DNA of 64,000 nt, taken from NCBI GenBank assembly GCA_963789265.1, contig CAWBKB010000005.1, positions 224,001 to 288,000 of the forward strand, given 5' to 3'. Within the stretch, counting starts at the first letter, position 1, and each line of letters opens with the position of its first letter. The position numbers were made by a program, and so were the translations under genes. This stretch comes from an uncultured delta proteobacterium (GTDB lineage Bacteria; Desulfobacterota; Desulfomonilia; Desulfomonilales; Desulfomonilaceae). Below the pieces are notes generated by a model. It was not told where the DNA came from. It saw only the letters and a program-made list of their open reading frames with translations, and searched no databases. This document shows, piece by piece, positions 33,792 through 44,573 of this stretch.

Positions 33792-36389
33792 TTAACTGAA
33801 ACGGCCTTGCAAAAAACCGTTCATGCTCGCGCCCACTCCCTTTAAATATGTGACAATTCTCGGGTGGCCCTCGAAATAAGCTTCCATCAAAGCAGTCCAG
33901 CCGAATTCTGTTTTAGCGTTCACATCAGCGCCCGCGGCCACAAGCTTCCTGACTACTGCCGGCGACCCCGCGGCCGCGGCGACCATCAAGGCTGTCTTGC
34001 CTGTCTTGTCCTTGGCCTGGGGGTCCGCGCCACAGGATAAAAGCAGTTCGACCATTGCAAGCTGCCCCTTGCGAGCAGCCCAGAAGAGGGGAGTATTGCC
34101 GAATTTATTTGTGGCATTGACGTTTGCGCCACGATCGAGAAGCAGCTTCAAGACCTCCCTGCGGCCATTGTAGCAAGCCCAAAACAAAGCGGTATTGCCA
34201 TATTTGGCGTCCCTCGAATTGACGTCTGCTCCTTTTAGCAAAAGCAGACTAACGATCTTGGCATGGTTCCAATATGACGCATCCAGGAGAGCTTTGTCGG
34301 TCTCGTTGCTGCGTCGTGCCGGGTCGGCTCCTCCTGCCAAGAGAGCTTCAGCAGCCTCCGCGCGCCCCAGTCTCAGCGCATAGCCCAAGGCGGTGGTACC
34401 CCGGCTGCTCACCGCATTCGCGTTCGCACCGTGCCGCAAAAGTAGTTCCACCACATTACGGTGCCCCCCGATCGCAGCCGCCATAAGCGGAGTTTTGCCG
34501 GATCTGTTCCGGGCATTAACATCGGCACCCTTGGATAAAAGTAGCTCAACAGGGAGTTGGTGACCCTTTACCGCCGCCCAGAAGAGGCTGGTGTTGCCAT
34601 ATTTGTTATCCCTGGCATGGACATCCGCCCCTCGCGCAAGGAGAAGATCTACGGCTGCGAAATCACCCTTGTAGGAAGCCCAGGATAAGGCGGTAATTCC
34701 GTGTTTCTTGTGGCGAGCATCGACATCCGCCCCCTCGGACAGGAGGAGATCGAGCACTGAGAGGTGTCCTTTCCAGGCAGCCCACAGCACCGGATGCGCT
34801 TCGTGCTTTTCTCGGCCGACAAGGGTAGCGCCCCGCTTCAGGAGAATACGCGCCACATCCGTGTCGCCTCTATCACATGCCCAAAATAGGGCCGTGCAGC
34901 CCGTTCTGCTTCGCGCGTTAGGATATGCGCCCCGGTCCAGGAGGAATTCCACGACTCGGGCCTGGCCCGCTCTAGCCGCCCACAGCAACGGCGTATTTCC
35001 TGCGCGATCCCGCGTATGGACGTCCGATCGTTGGACCAACAGAAGCTTCACCGCCTCAATATGTCCCCTGTATGCCGCCCAGAACAAGGCAGTGCTCTGG
35101 TATCGAATGTCCCTTACGGTGGGATCCGCTCCTCCATTCAGCAGGAGAGCCACTACTTCCTCGTTCCCACTGAACGCAGCCCAAAACAACGGCGTGTGAT
35201 TATTGTTATTTCTCGTATTTGGATGGGCGCCTCGTGCCAATAAGAGCCTCACCATTGTCGCGTGCCCCTTGTAGGATGCCCAGAACAGTGCTGAGTTGCC
35301 ATATTTGCTCCGGCCGTTCACCTCGGCTCCTCTAGCTAGCAGCAGGCTTGCCACAGCGACAGCACCGGCGCCGGCAGCGCAAATCAATGCCGTTTTCTTA
35401 TCTTTGTCACAAGCAGTGACGTCAGCCCCCCATGCCAGAAGTACCTGCACAACCTTCGGACGATTCGCACGGGCAGCTAGAATTAAGGGGGTGACTCCAA
35501 ACAAGTTTCGGACGTCAACAGGGGCCCCCCAAGTGAGCAGAAGCTTCACGACCTCAGTCCGACCTTTGAATGCAGCCCAATGTAAAGGAGTGCTGCCATA
35601 TTTGTTGCGGACTCGAGCATCTGCGCTCCGGAACAAGAGCCGTTCCACCACGGCCAAATGTCCTTTGGAGCACGCCCAGAAAAGAGCGGTACACCCGTAG
35701 TGCGTCTCCTTCACGTTGACATCGGCCCCTCTTTCGAGGAGTAACTCGACCAGTTCAACATCTCCGATTCTTGCCGCGGCAATTAACGGCGTATACCCTT
35801 GTCCGTCTTCTGCATCAATATCCGCGCCTCGATCAAGCAGTAACTCGACCAATTCCGGGTGGCCGGATGTCGAGGCTATAAGCAGTGCGGTCTTGTTGGT
35901 TGTCTCTTTGGCGTGAGGATCCGTCCTCATGTCGAGAAGCAGTTCCACCACTTGTAGGTGCCCTTGCCTGACCGCCCAGGCCAGTGGCGTATTGCCGTCT
36001 CGATCCGCCGAATTGACTTCCGCTCCATGCCCGCACAGTAAGGCTACTGCCTCCGCGTGACCCCAGAGCGCTGCTTTATGAAGCGCCGTGTCCCCATCCT
36101 TATTGGCAACGTTTATCCATCCCCCTCGATCAAGCAGGAGTTGGACTATATGGGCATGACCTGCCAGGGAAGCCTCCATCAGGGCGGAGTTTCCTGAAGC
36201 GTCCGTGGCGTTCACATCCGCGCCGGCATCAAGGAGTAAACTCACGACAGCCTGATGCCCCCCCAGTGAAGCTGCCATCAAAGCCGTACCATCAGTGCGG
36301 TCTGCATTTACATCGACACCTGCGGCAAGGAATTCTTCAACTGCGGCCACGTTGCCGACGCGAGCAGAATGTATGAGTTGTTCCTGCAT
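33792..36389 (-). CDS. Large ankyrin-repeat protein (about 25 repeats)
   Basis: Repeating G.TAL..A...G....V.LLL..GADVN units over about 865 aa; start codon uncertain (ORF is open to 36629). Confidence 0.93.
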   Translation of the reverse strand: MQEQLIHSARVGNVAAVEEFLAAGVDVNADRTDGTALMAASLGGHQAVVSLLLDAGADVNATDASGNSALMEASLAGHAHIVQLLLDRGGWINVANKDGDTALHKAALWGHAEAVALLCGHGAEVNSADRDGNTPLAWAVRQGHLQVVELLLDMRTDPHAKETTNKTALLIASTSGHPELVELLLDRGADIDAEDGQGYTPLIAAARIGDVELVELLLERGADVNVKETHYGCTALFWACSKGHLAVVERLLFRSADARVRNKYGSTPLHWAAFKGRTEVVKLLLTWGAPVDVRNLFGVTPLILAARANRPKVVQVLLAWGADVTACDKDKKTALICAAGAGAVAVASLLLARGAEVNGRSKYGNSALFWASYKGHATMVRLLLARGAHPNTRNNNNHTPLFWAAFSGNEEVVALLLNGGADPTVRDIRYQSTALFWAAYRGHIEAVKLLLVQRSDVHTRDRAGNTPLLWAARAGQARVVEFLLDRGAYPNARSRTGCTALFWACDRGDTDVARILLKRGATLVGREKHEAHPVLWAAWKGHLSVLDLLLSEGADVDARHKKHGITALSWASYKGDFAAVDLLLARGADVHARDNKYGNTSLFWAAVKGHQLPVELLLSKGADVNARNRSGKTPLMAAAIGGHRNVVELLLRHGANANAVSSRGTTALGYALRLGRAEAAEALLAGGADPARRSNETDKALLDASYWNHAKIVSLLLLKGADVNSRDAKYGNTALFWACYNGRREVLKLLLDRGANVNATNKFGNTPLFWAARKGQLAMVELLLSCGADPQAKDKTGKTALMVAAAAGSPAVVRKLVAAGADVNAKTEFGWTALMEAYFEGHPRIVTYLKGVGASMNGFLQGRFS

Positions 36390-36642
36390 GATGCCAATGC
36401 CTTCTATATGCCGCGGTATGCTGAGATTCCGAAGAAACGCTTTAGAGGGGAGCCGGTGCGAGCCGTTTGGAATTGCCAAGTTCCCCTTACAAGGCCGGCC
36501 ATGGAAGAACTCGTCGGTCCCGGAGTGGGGAAGCTCAACTAATCCAACTATTTCTGTTGATTGCACCAAGCCTTTTGTCTTTTGTTGTATTATACCATAA
36601 TTATTTCCATTTTCGTAGATATGACGCACTAGCTACAGCGCG

Positions 36643-36679
36643 ATGTGACTTGTTCACAAACACCATAACATGGTAAAAT
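36643..36679 (+). promoter_or_regulatory. Possible qmoA promoter with TGTGA-N5-TCACA operator
   Basis: TGTGACTTGTTCACA at 36644-36658 overlaps the -35 position of an extended -10 TGGTAAAAT (36671-36679). Confidence 0.35.
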
Positions 36680-36913
36680 ACTATCCGGTTACCCTTCCTG
36701 ACACCATATCGTCAAGCATAGATGCTTACGAACTTAAACATGGCCGCTAATATTCATCCCGGATGGCCTCTTTCCGGCCGCCGGGTGATTCGGCTCATTT
36801 AAGTATGGCTGCGGGAATCAACATTCGCGGCACAGCTCGCCGCGAAACGCTCGAAGAGCAACAGAATGAGGACCGACCAAAATCACACCTGACATATCAT
36901 ACGGAGGTAGTTC

Positions 36914-38171
36914 ATGGGTGATGAAGAGCGAAAAGTCCTGGTAGTCGGAGGCGGAATAAGCGGGATGACCGCCGCCATTGAAGCCGCCGAAGCCGGAGCG
37001 GAAGCAGTTCTGGTGGAGAAGAACCCTTATTTGGGCGGGCGCGTGGCCCTTCTCAATCAGTACTTTCCCAAGCTGTGTCCCACTAATTGCGGCCTTGAAA
37101 TAAATTTTAGGCGCATCAAACAGAATCCCAGGATAACTTATCACACGCTTGCCGAAGTGGAATCCATCTCGGGGGGTCCAGGTGCCTACGAAGTTACCTT
37201 GCTCCTGAAACCTCGGTACGTGAACGACAATTGCACAGCTTGCGGAAAGTGTTCCGAAGTCTGCGAAACCCGTGTGCCGAATCCTGTCAACTATAATATG
37301 GATACGGTGCCGGCAGCGCACTTGCCCCACTCGATGGCCTTTCCGTTCAAGTACTTACTGGCACCTGAAATCATAGGGACGCCGGAAGCCGGGAAGTGCG
37401 CTGAGGCTTGCGCTTACAGCGCTATAGACCTGGACATGCAGCCCGCGAAGGTCACTTACAATGTCGGCGCGGTCGTGTGGGCCACCGGCTGGGATCCTGT
37501 ACGAGGCCACAAAGGTGGACTATCTCGGCCTGGGAAGAATCCCCAATGTGGTCACAAGCGTCATGTTTGAACGCCTGGCCGCGTACAACGGGCCAACCGG
37601 CGGGAAAATCCTGAGACCATCCGATGGGAAAGAGGTCAAAAGCGTCGCGTTTGTCCAGTGCGCAGGTTCCAGAGACGAAAATCACCTGGCATACTGCTCC
37701 GGGATTTGCTGCCTCGCTTCTTTGAAACAAGCCACGTACATAAGGGAGCAAGTGCCGGAAAGCAAAGCCTTTATCTACTACATCGACGTTCGAGCCATGG
37801 GGAAATACGAAGATTTCTATGTCAAGGTCGACCAGGACGAGAACATAACACTGACCAAGAGCAAAATCGCCAGGATTTCGGAAGATCCTGCATCCGGCGG
37901 GGTTTTGGTCGAAGGCGAAGATATCGGCCAAGGAGCCCAGGTCAAGGAAGTTGTAGATCTAGCGGTCCTGGCGGTGGGCATGGTTCCCGGAACAGCAACC
38001 GTGAAGCCGGCTCTTGAAATGGAATACGACGACTTCGGTTTTGTGACCTCGTCCGGGAACTCGGGGATTGTTCCGGCAGGATGTGTCAAAGCGCCCATGG
38101 AGGTCGCGGCTTCCGTACAAGACGCAACGGCTGCGGCCCTCAAAGCAATTCAGCGGACGATGGGGAGGTAG
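36914..38171 (+). CDS. qmoA: QmoA (HdrA-like flavoprotein), indel near 37497
   Basis: VVGGGISG, QYFPKLCPTNCGLEIN, FVQCAGSRDENHLAYCSGICC. Confidence 0.9.
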
Positions 38172-38176
38172 TGTTT

Positions 38177-40316
38177 ATGGATCAGAAAATCGGAGTCTAT
38201 ATGTGCTCGGGATGCGGCATCGGAGAATCCATAGACTTGGAAGCCCTCTCCGCAGTTGCCAATGAGTTCAGCATAGCCAAGACTGAGAGCCATCCGGCCC
38301 TTTGCAGCCAAGAAGGGGTCAGCATCATCAGAAAGGACATAGAATCAGGGGCTGTCAACTGCGTGGTGGCCGCGGCATGTTCCGGAAGGGTCAAGACCGA
38401 CGTCTTTGCGTTCGATCCCATGACCACCATACTGGAAAGACTGAATATCAGGGAGCACGTGGCCTGGTGCCAGCCCGCAGGGGCCGAAGACACGCAGATG
38501 ATGGCTGAAGATTACATGCGCATGGCCATAACCAGAGTCGAGAAGACGACGCTGCCCAAACCGTACCAGGAAGCAACAGACAAAACAGTGTTGGTGGTCG
38601 GTGGAGGTGTGTCCGGTCTCCAGGCGTCACTGGATGCCGCTCGTGCCGGCTACAGCGTGATTCTGGTTGAAAAAGAGCCGGAACTTGGCGGACACATGGC
38701 CAAATGGCACAAAACCACACCCGCAAGGCCGCCCTACCAGGAGATCGAAGACATCGCTGTCCAAGAGATCGTCGATCAGGTTAAGGCTGAGAGCAACATC
38801 ACGATCAATACGGGCACAACGATTGAAAAGGTTGCCGGCGCGCCTGGTATGTTTGATGTTACGCTCACCAACGGCGGCGGAACTCATCGCGTGGGCTCTG
38901 TCGTGCTGGCTGCGGGAATGAAGCCTTACGACGCTGCCAAACTTGAGCACCTTTCCTACGGAAAATTCCCGGACATCATTACCAGCGTACAGATGGAAGA
39001 AATGGCCAAGGCCGGGAAGATCACGTGTCCATCCGACGGTTCGGAACCCTCGGTAGTTGCGTTCATTCAGTGCGCGGGCTCTCGCGATCAGAACCACCTG
39101 CCGTATTGCAGCGCGGTTTGCTGCCGGGTCTCCTTGAAACAGGCAGAGTACGTAAAGGAGCAGAACGAGGAAAACAAAGTTGTGGTCTTCTACAAAGACA
39201 TCCGGTCGCCCGAACAGCATGAAGAATTTTATAGGAAAGTGCAGAAGGACGGCGTTGTCTTTGTGAAAACCGACACCTCGAAAGTCGCCATAAGTGAGGG
39301 GACTGAGCGCAAGCTCTCCATCGAGACTATGGACGAGTTGTTAGGCGAGCCTGTGCAGATGCAGGCCGATCTGATAGTCCTGGCGATAGGCATGCAGCCT
39401 GCAGTCTTGGACGATCCGATCCTCAATCTGCAGTACCGCCAAGGACCTGCCTTGCCTGAGTTGAAGTACGGCTTCCCGGACTCGCACTTCGTTTGTTTCC
39501 CGTACGAGACACGGAGAACCGGCATTTATACCGCGGGATGTGTCCGTCAGCCCATGACCTCAACCAGAGCCACAAATGACGGAACCGGTGCAGCTCTTAA
39601 GGCCATTCAGTGCATCGAACAAACCGCTCTGGGAAAAGCCGTTCACCCACGGGCAGGTGATACGTCTTACCCGGAGCTTTTCGTTCAGCGATGCACACAG
39701 TGCAAGCGTTGCACTGAAGAATGCCCGTTCGGTATGTACAACGAGGATGAAAAAGGAACTCCTTTGCCGCATCCCACTCGATGTCGGCGCTGCGGCATCT
39801 GCATGGGTTCCTGTCCCGAGCGTATCATCTCTTTCAATAATTATTCGGTGGATATGATCGGTTCCATGATCAAGTCCATCAATGTGCCTGACGAGTACCG
39901 ATGAGAAACCTCGTATAATTGGATTGATTTGTGAAAACGATGCTTTTCCCGCGCTGGACATGGTAGGGCTCCACAAGCTACAGTACCCGCCGTGGGTGAG
40001 GTTCATCCCGTTGAGGTGTCTGGGCTCCATGAACTTGGTCTGGATTGCGGACGCCCTGTCCAAGGGGATAGATGGGATAGTGCTCTTTGGATGCAAATTT
40101 GGAGACGATTACCAGTGCCACTTTATTCAGGGTAGTGAATTGGCGAACACTCGAATGAGCAAGATAAAGGAGACACTGGACCGGTTGGTCCTTGAATCGG
40201 ACAGGATACGGTTGGAGCAGATTTCTATTGACGATTACTGGAGGATCCCGGAAATCCTGGAGGAGTTCACTGCCAAGCTTGAAGAACTCGGCCCCAATCC
40301 GTACAAAGGTTTTTAG
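38177..40316 (+). CDS. qmoB: QmoB (HdrA-like + ferredoxin + MvhD domain), indel near 39899
   Basis: KIGVYMCSGCG, CAGSRD, FPDSHFVCFPYETRR, CTQCKRCTEECP, MvhD part CKFGDDYQCHF, GPNPYKGF. Confidence 0.9.
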
Positions 40317-40327
40317 AGGAAAGTATA

Positions 40328-41491
40328 ATGGAAACAAGAACACCAGATTTGGATGTTAGCGATGCCATAGTGTACTCCGGAGCTGAAACGCTTTACTGGT
40401 GCATGCAGTGCGGCCTCTGCACAGGGTCTTGTCCCTGGCGCTTGGTACCGGGCGAGGCATCTGAGCAGTTCAACATAAGAATGGTGCAGCGCCTGGGTCA
40501 ACTCGGTCTCGAAGGATTTGAATCGGAGAATTGCCTTTTTGCCTGCACTACGTGCAAGACTTGCGTAGATCGCTGCCCGCGCGGTGTGGACATCATCGGC
40601 AATGTCAGAGGAATGCGCAGCATGATGGCTGAAGTCGGGTCGATACCGCCGAGCCTTAAGCCCATAGCAGGCAGCTTGCACGCCCAGGGGAATCCGTGGT
40701 CCGGAGACCGGAACAAGCGGACCGAGTGGATTAAGGGCGTCGATGTCCCGACGTCTTCGGAAAATACCGAGTATTTCCTCTCCGTGTGCTGCACCTCCTG
40801 TTACGATGTCAGGAGCCAAAAGATCGCCCGCTCGGTTGCTAAAGCGCTCCAGGCGGCGGGGGTGAGTTTCGGAATCATTGGCAACGAGGAGAGTTGCTGC
40901 GGAGAGTCCATTCGGAAGATCGGCGACGAGGAACTCTTCCAAAAGGTGGCCAAATCCAACATAGATCTTTACAACAGCAAAGGCGTGAAAAAGATCATCG
41001 TTACCTCACCTCACTGCCTTTACACATTCAAGAACGAATATCCGGACCTGGGCGGAAAGTGGGAAGTTTTCCACTATACGGAGATTTTGGCTCAGGCGGT
41101 GGCTGAGGGGAAATTGAAACTCTCAGGTGACGCGATCGGTCCTGTAGCCATGCACGATCCGTGCTATTTGGGTCGCCACAACGAGATCTACGATCAGCCC
41201 CGAGAGCTGATCGCGGCCATTCCGGGCTCCGAGGTGAAAGAACTATCGAGGAATCGCAAGAACAGCCTCTGCTGCGGTGGCGGTGGCGGAAGAGTCTGGA
41301 TGGAAACCAAAGCCGGTGAGCGGTTCGCGGAGCTGCGCATTACCGAGGCGATTGAGTCGGGCGCCAAGACTCTGGTTACCGCGTGCCCGTATTGCATCAC
41401 CATGCTCGAAGATTCCTGCAACGTTATGGGGAAATCCGAGGAGCTGAAAGTGATGGAACTATCAGAGCTTATAGCGGAGAAGATCGGTTAA
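40328..41491 (+). CDS. HdrD-like Fe-S oxidoreductase (two 4Fe-4S motifs + two CCG domains)
   Basis: CMQCGLCTGSCP, CTTCKTCVDRCP, ESCCG, HDPCYLGR, LCCGGGGG, TACPYC; no TM or heme b segments. Confidence 0.88.
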   Translation: METRTPDLDVSDAIVYSGAETLYWCMQCGLCTGSCPWRLVPGEASEQFNIRMVQRLGQLGLEGFESENCLFACTTCKTCVDRCPRGVDIIGNVRGMRSMMAEVGSIPPSLKPIAGSLHAQGNPWSGDRNKRTEWIKGVDVPTSSENTEYFLSVCCTSCYDVRSQKIARSVAKALQAAGVSFGIIGNEESCCGESIRKIGDEELFQKVAKSNIDLYNSKGVKKIIVTSPHCLYTFKNEYPDLGGKWEVFHYTEILAQAVAEGKLKLSGDAIGPVAMHDPCYLGRHNEIYDQPRELIAAIPGSEVKELSRNRKNSLCCGGGGGRVWMETKAGERFAELRITEAIESGAKTLVTACPYCITMLEDSCNVMGKSEELKVMELSELIAEKIG

Positions 41492-41507
41492 AAGTCTTGT
41501 AAGAGTA

Positions 41508-41725
41508 ACCGGGGAGGGACTTTTTGCAACCTCGCGCGACGCGGGGCCTCTCCGGACGCCTCCTCAAAAACTCCTATAATTTGTAGTCTCTGGTGCCTAG
41601 GCTCCCGCCTGGGCACCCAGTATGCCTTCCGGGCTCTGCCTGGCTGTATGCCGAGATCCCGCGATTATTGGAGGCAGAGCCTGGCAACGAGAGAATGTAA
41701 GGGCAGGTTTCAAACCTGCCCCTAC
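41508..41725. repeat. Cluster of REP-like hairpins between convergent genes
   Basis: GGCTCTGCCT/AGGCAGAGCC arms; GGGCAGGTTTCAAACCTGCCC palindrome; GGTGCCTAGGC/GCCTGGGCACC arms. Confidence 0.6.
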
Positions 41726-41776
41726 CATCAATGCAGTGGGCATCGCAAAGCCCCCGGCTCCTTCTCACAAACTCCT

Positions 41777-42754
41777 CTAATTCTCACCTCTTATCGAATC
41801 AGTTGCGCAAATCTCAATAGCTCCGACCATATCCGCCGGCAACGGTGAAAAAAACTCCACATATTTCTGACTTCTTGGATGAGTGAAGCCAAGCACCGAC
41901 GCATGAAGCGCCTGCCTGTTGAGCACTTCCAGGGCTCTTAGTGGTCGCGGATCAGCGAGCCCTCCCTTTCCACGCATCTTTCCGTAAACAGGATCTCCCG
42001 CCACCGGCAAGCCGATATGAGCAAGATGAACCCTGATCTGATGCGTCCTACCCGTCTCAGGGTATACTTCAAGAAGTGTCAGGCCGCCAAACCGCTCTTT
42101 TACCCTCCATCTTGTGACCGCGCGGCGGCCCTTTCCTGTAGTGGTGGACATACGTTTTCTCTCCTTGACGTGCCTCCCTATCTCGGCATCGACGAGTCCG
42201 CTCTCCTGGCCCGGATCGCCCCTGACCAATGCCACATACACTCTGCGAATTGAATGAGCCTTGAATTGAGCCGACAGTGCGGCGTGCGCGGCGACCGTCT
42301 TTGCAAAAATCATAACCCCTGATGTGTCTTTATCGAGCCGATGGACCACGCCCCAACGACCCGGCTCGCCTACCTCCTTCATTTCCGGTCTCGTGCTTAT
42401 GAGGACATCCATGAGAGTGTTTGAAGGGCGTCCCGCACCGGGGTGCACGACGAAACCGGGGAGCTTGTCCACCACTATCAGATCCTCGTCCTCGAAAATG
42501 ATTCCAAATGATGGGGCTTCGATCTCGGGACTCGAGGTTGCAATCATTTTCTCAGGGAGAATCTTTATTTCGTCTCCAGGGCTTAGAACCGTGGAAGGGC
42601 TGATTGTACGGCCTCTCACTAGCACTCGGCCGCTCCGAATCATGCGCGCCACCGATGACCGGCTTTGGCTGGTCGCAAGGCAAGCGGCCAGGATCTTGTC
42701 AGCCCGGTCGGGGAGAGCATCTTCAGGGATCACAAATGAAGGCGGAAGGTCCAT
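41777..42754 (-). CDS. rluD: RluA/RluD family 23S rRNA pseudouridine synthase
   Basis: S4 domain, VHRLDKDTSG, TGRTHQIRVH, RQALHA. Confidence 0.92.
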   Translation of the reverse strand: MDLPPSFVIPEDALPDRADKILAACLATSQSRSSVARMIRSGRVLVRGRTISPSTVLSPGDEIKILPEKMIATSSPEIEAPSFGIIFEDEDLIVVDKLPGFVVHPGAGRPSNTLMDVLISTRPEMKEVGEPGRWGVVHRLDKDTSGVMIFAKTVAAHAALSAQFKAHSIRRVYVALVRGDPGQESGLVDAEIGRHVKERKRMSTTTGKGRRAVTRWRVKERFGGLTLLEVYPETGRTHQIRVHLAHIGLPVAGDPVYGKMRGKGGLADPRPLRALEVLNRQALHASVLGFTHPRSQKYVEFFSPLPADMVGAIEICATDSIRGEN

Positions 42755-42847
42755 GTATTTACGCTTCTTACAATTTTGGTGAATTCGGCGTCTTTCCGGT
42801 TGGTCGCGCACTTGACTGATATGCTTCAATGCATCATGTCAGTGGAT

Positions 42848-43045
42848 ATGAGAGTAACACTGTATATTGACGACGACCTATTGAAGAAAGCCTCGAATCT
42901 CACCGGTGTCAAGGAGAAAACTTCATTAGTGAGAATGGGCCTGGAAGCACTGATCGCTCGTGGGAGTGCTAGAAGACTTGCCGATCTCCGTGGGACTGAG
43001 AAGGACCTGAAATCTACCCCAAGAAGACGCTATATAAGCGAGTAA
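42848..43045 (+). CDS. vapB: VapB-family antitoxin (no toxin gene downstream)
   Basis: MRVTLYIDDDLLKKASNLTGVKEKTSLVRMGLEALIAR...PRRR. Confidence 0.8.
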   Translation: MRVTLYIDDDLLKKASNLTGVKEKTSLVRMGLEALIARGSARRLADLRGTEKDLKSTPRRRYISE

Positions 43046-43127
43046 GCATGCCACTGGCAGATGGGGCCCAAACTGTCGGCGGAGTGCAGGAATGCTCCTT
43101 TAGTGCCGACGAAACTCTGTCGTCATT

Positions 43128-44558
43128 TTACGCATCGTTGCCGGATGAAGCTCGGTTGAGGGCGTCCCGTATAAGTCTTGGGATCAGCGAGGGCTGATCC
43201 TCCAAGAGGGTTCGGGGGTCTATAAGAACCGTATCGTCCTTGATCAGTGTTATTACCGGTGGAGTGCCCAGTCTGAGACTATGCTCCAAGCGTGCGGCCG
43301 ATATGTCCAGCGGACGAATGGCTACCCGCGGACCGGGGAGGTCTCCCATCGGCAGTGCACCGCCCCCTACTCTACCGATTCCCGGCTCGATGCTTACCTC
43401 AACTCGTGCGCCAACGACTTCGCGTATTGCGTCGGCAAGTTCAGCGGCAGTTTTCGCTAGCTCTGACTCGGACTTGGTTATCATCATCAGCGTTGGGATG
43501 CATGTGCTAGGCCCTTCGGGTCGGGTGTACTCAACGAGCGTGGCTTCCAGACCCGCAAGAGTCAGCTTGTCCATTCTAAGTGCCCGTGCGAGAGGATTTG
43601 TCTGCATCTTCTCGATAAGATCGGCACGACCGGCCAGAATCCCTGCCTGGGGTCCCCCGAGAAGCTTGTCCCCGCTAAAACTTACCACGTTGACGCCTTT
43701 GGCAAGAACATCCTGGACTGTAATTTCTTCCGGTAGGCCGTACGGCGACAGATCCACCAGACATCCGCTACCCAGGTCCATCATCGTGGGAATTCCATAT
43801 TCTTTCCCTATGGCCACCAACTCTCCCAGCTCGACCTCCCGAGTGAATCCCACGATTCGGTAATTGCTGGTGTGCACTTTCAGAATTAATGAGGTGTTTG
43901 CTCCGATTGCCTGAATGTAGTCCTTAGGATGCGTCCTATTGGTTGTGCCAACTTCTTTCAGGATTGCACCCGATTGAGCCATTACGTCAGGTATCCTGAA
44001 AGAGCCTCCGATTTCTATGAGTTCCCCTCTGGAAACTATGACTTCCCGTCCCTCAGCCAGACTAGACAATGCCAGCAAGACCGCAGCCGCATTATTATTG
44101 ACTGCCAGAGCGGCCTCAGCCCCTGTCAATTCCTCCATGAGTTCTCGGAGATGAGCGTTCCTTTCTCCTCTTCGTCCTTCTCCAAGGTTATATTCAAGAT
44201 TGGAATAGGACTGTGCGGCTTCCGATATCTTTTCAGCCACTCTCTTAGACAGAGGAGAACGTCCGAGATTAGTGTGAACGATCACTCCGGTCGCGTTTAT
44301 GACAGTGACGACCTTTGGCCCGACTGTTTCCAGAGCCAGGCGGGATGCCCGCCGAATCAGCGCGGAAATTGAGCAGTCCGCGTGTGATGCCTGACCCTGA
44401 CGGATTTCCTCTCGAAGTTCGTCCAAGGCGCGTCTCACCATCCGCTTGACAATTTCTTGGGAGTATTTCTCCCTGAGAGGCGCCAATTCCGAGGCGGACA
44501 AGAGGCCGTCCACCGAAGGGATCGAGCGAAACAAATCTGTGGCGTGCTCTTCTCCCAT
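43128..44558 (-). CDS. selA: L-seryl-tRNA(Sec) selenium transferase
   Basis: VINATGVIVHTNLGR, VNNNAAA, SRGELIEIGGSFRIPDVM, FSGDKLLGGPQAG. Confidence 0.97.
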   Translation of the reverse strand: MGEEHATDLFRSIPSVDGLLSASELAPLREKYSQEIVKRMVRRALDELREEIRQGQASHADCSISALIRRASRLALETVGPKVVTVINATGVIVHTNLGRSPLSKRVAEKISEAAQSYSNLEYNLGEGRRGERNAHLRELMEELTGAEAALAVNNNAAAVLLALSSLAEGREVIVSRGELIEIGGSFRIPDVMAQSGAILKEVGTTNRTHPKDYIQAIGANTSLILKVHTSNYRIVGFTREVELGELVAIGKEYGIPTMMDLGSGCLVDLSPYGLPEEITVQDVLAKGVNVVSFSGDKLLGGPQAGILAGRADLIEKMQTNPLARALRMDKLTLAGLEATLVEYTRPEGPSTCIPTLMMITKSESELAKTAAELADAIREVVGARVEVSIEPGIGRVGGGALPMGDLPGPRVAIRPLDISAARLEHSLRLGTPPVITLIKDDTVLIDPRTLLEDQPSLIPRLIRDALNRASSGNDA

Positions 44559-44573
44559 AGGGAAGTTTCCTAA

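Noticed and set aside
39899..39904. TGA ending the first qmoB ORF as a possible selenocysteine codon
   Set aside because: The MvhD domain continues in a different frame, so this is an indel and not read-through.
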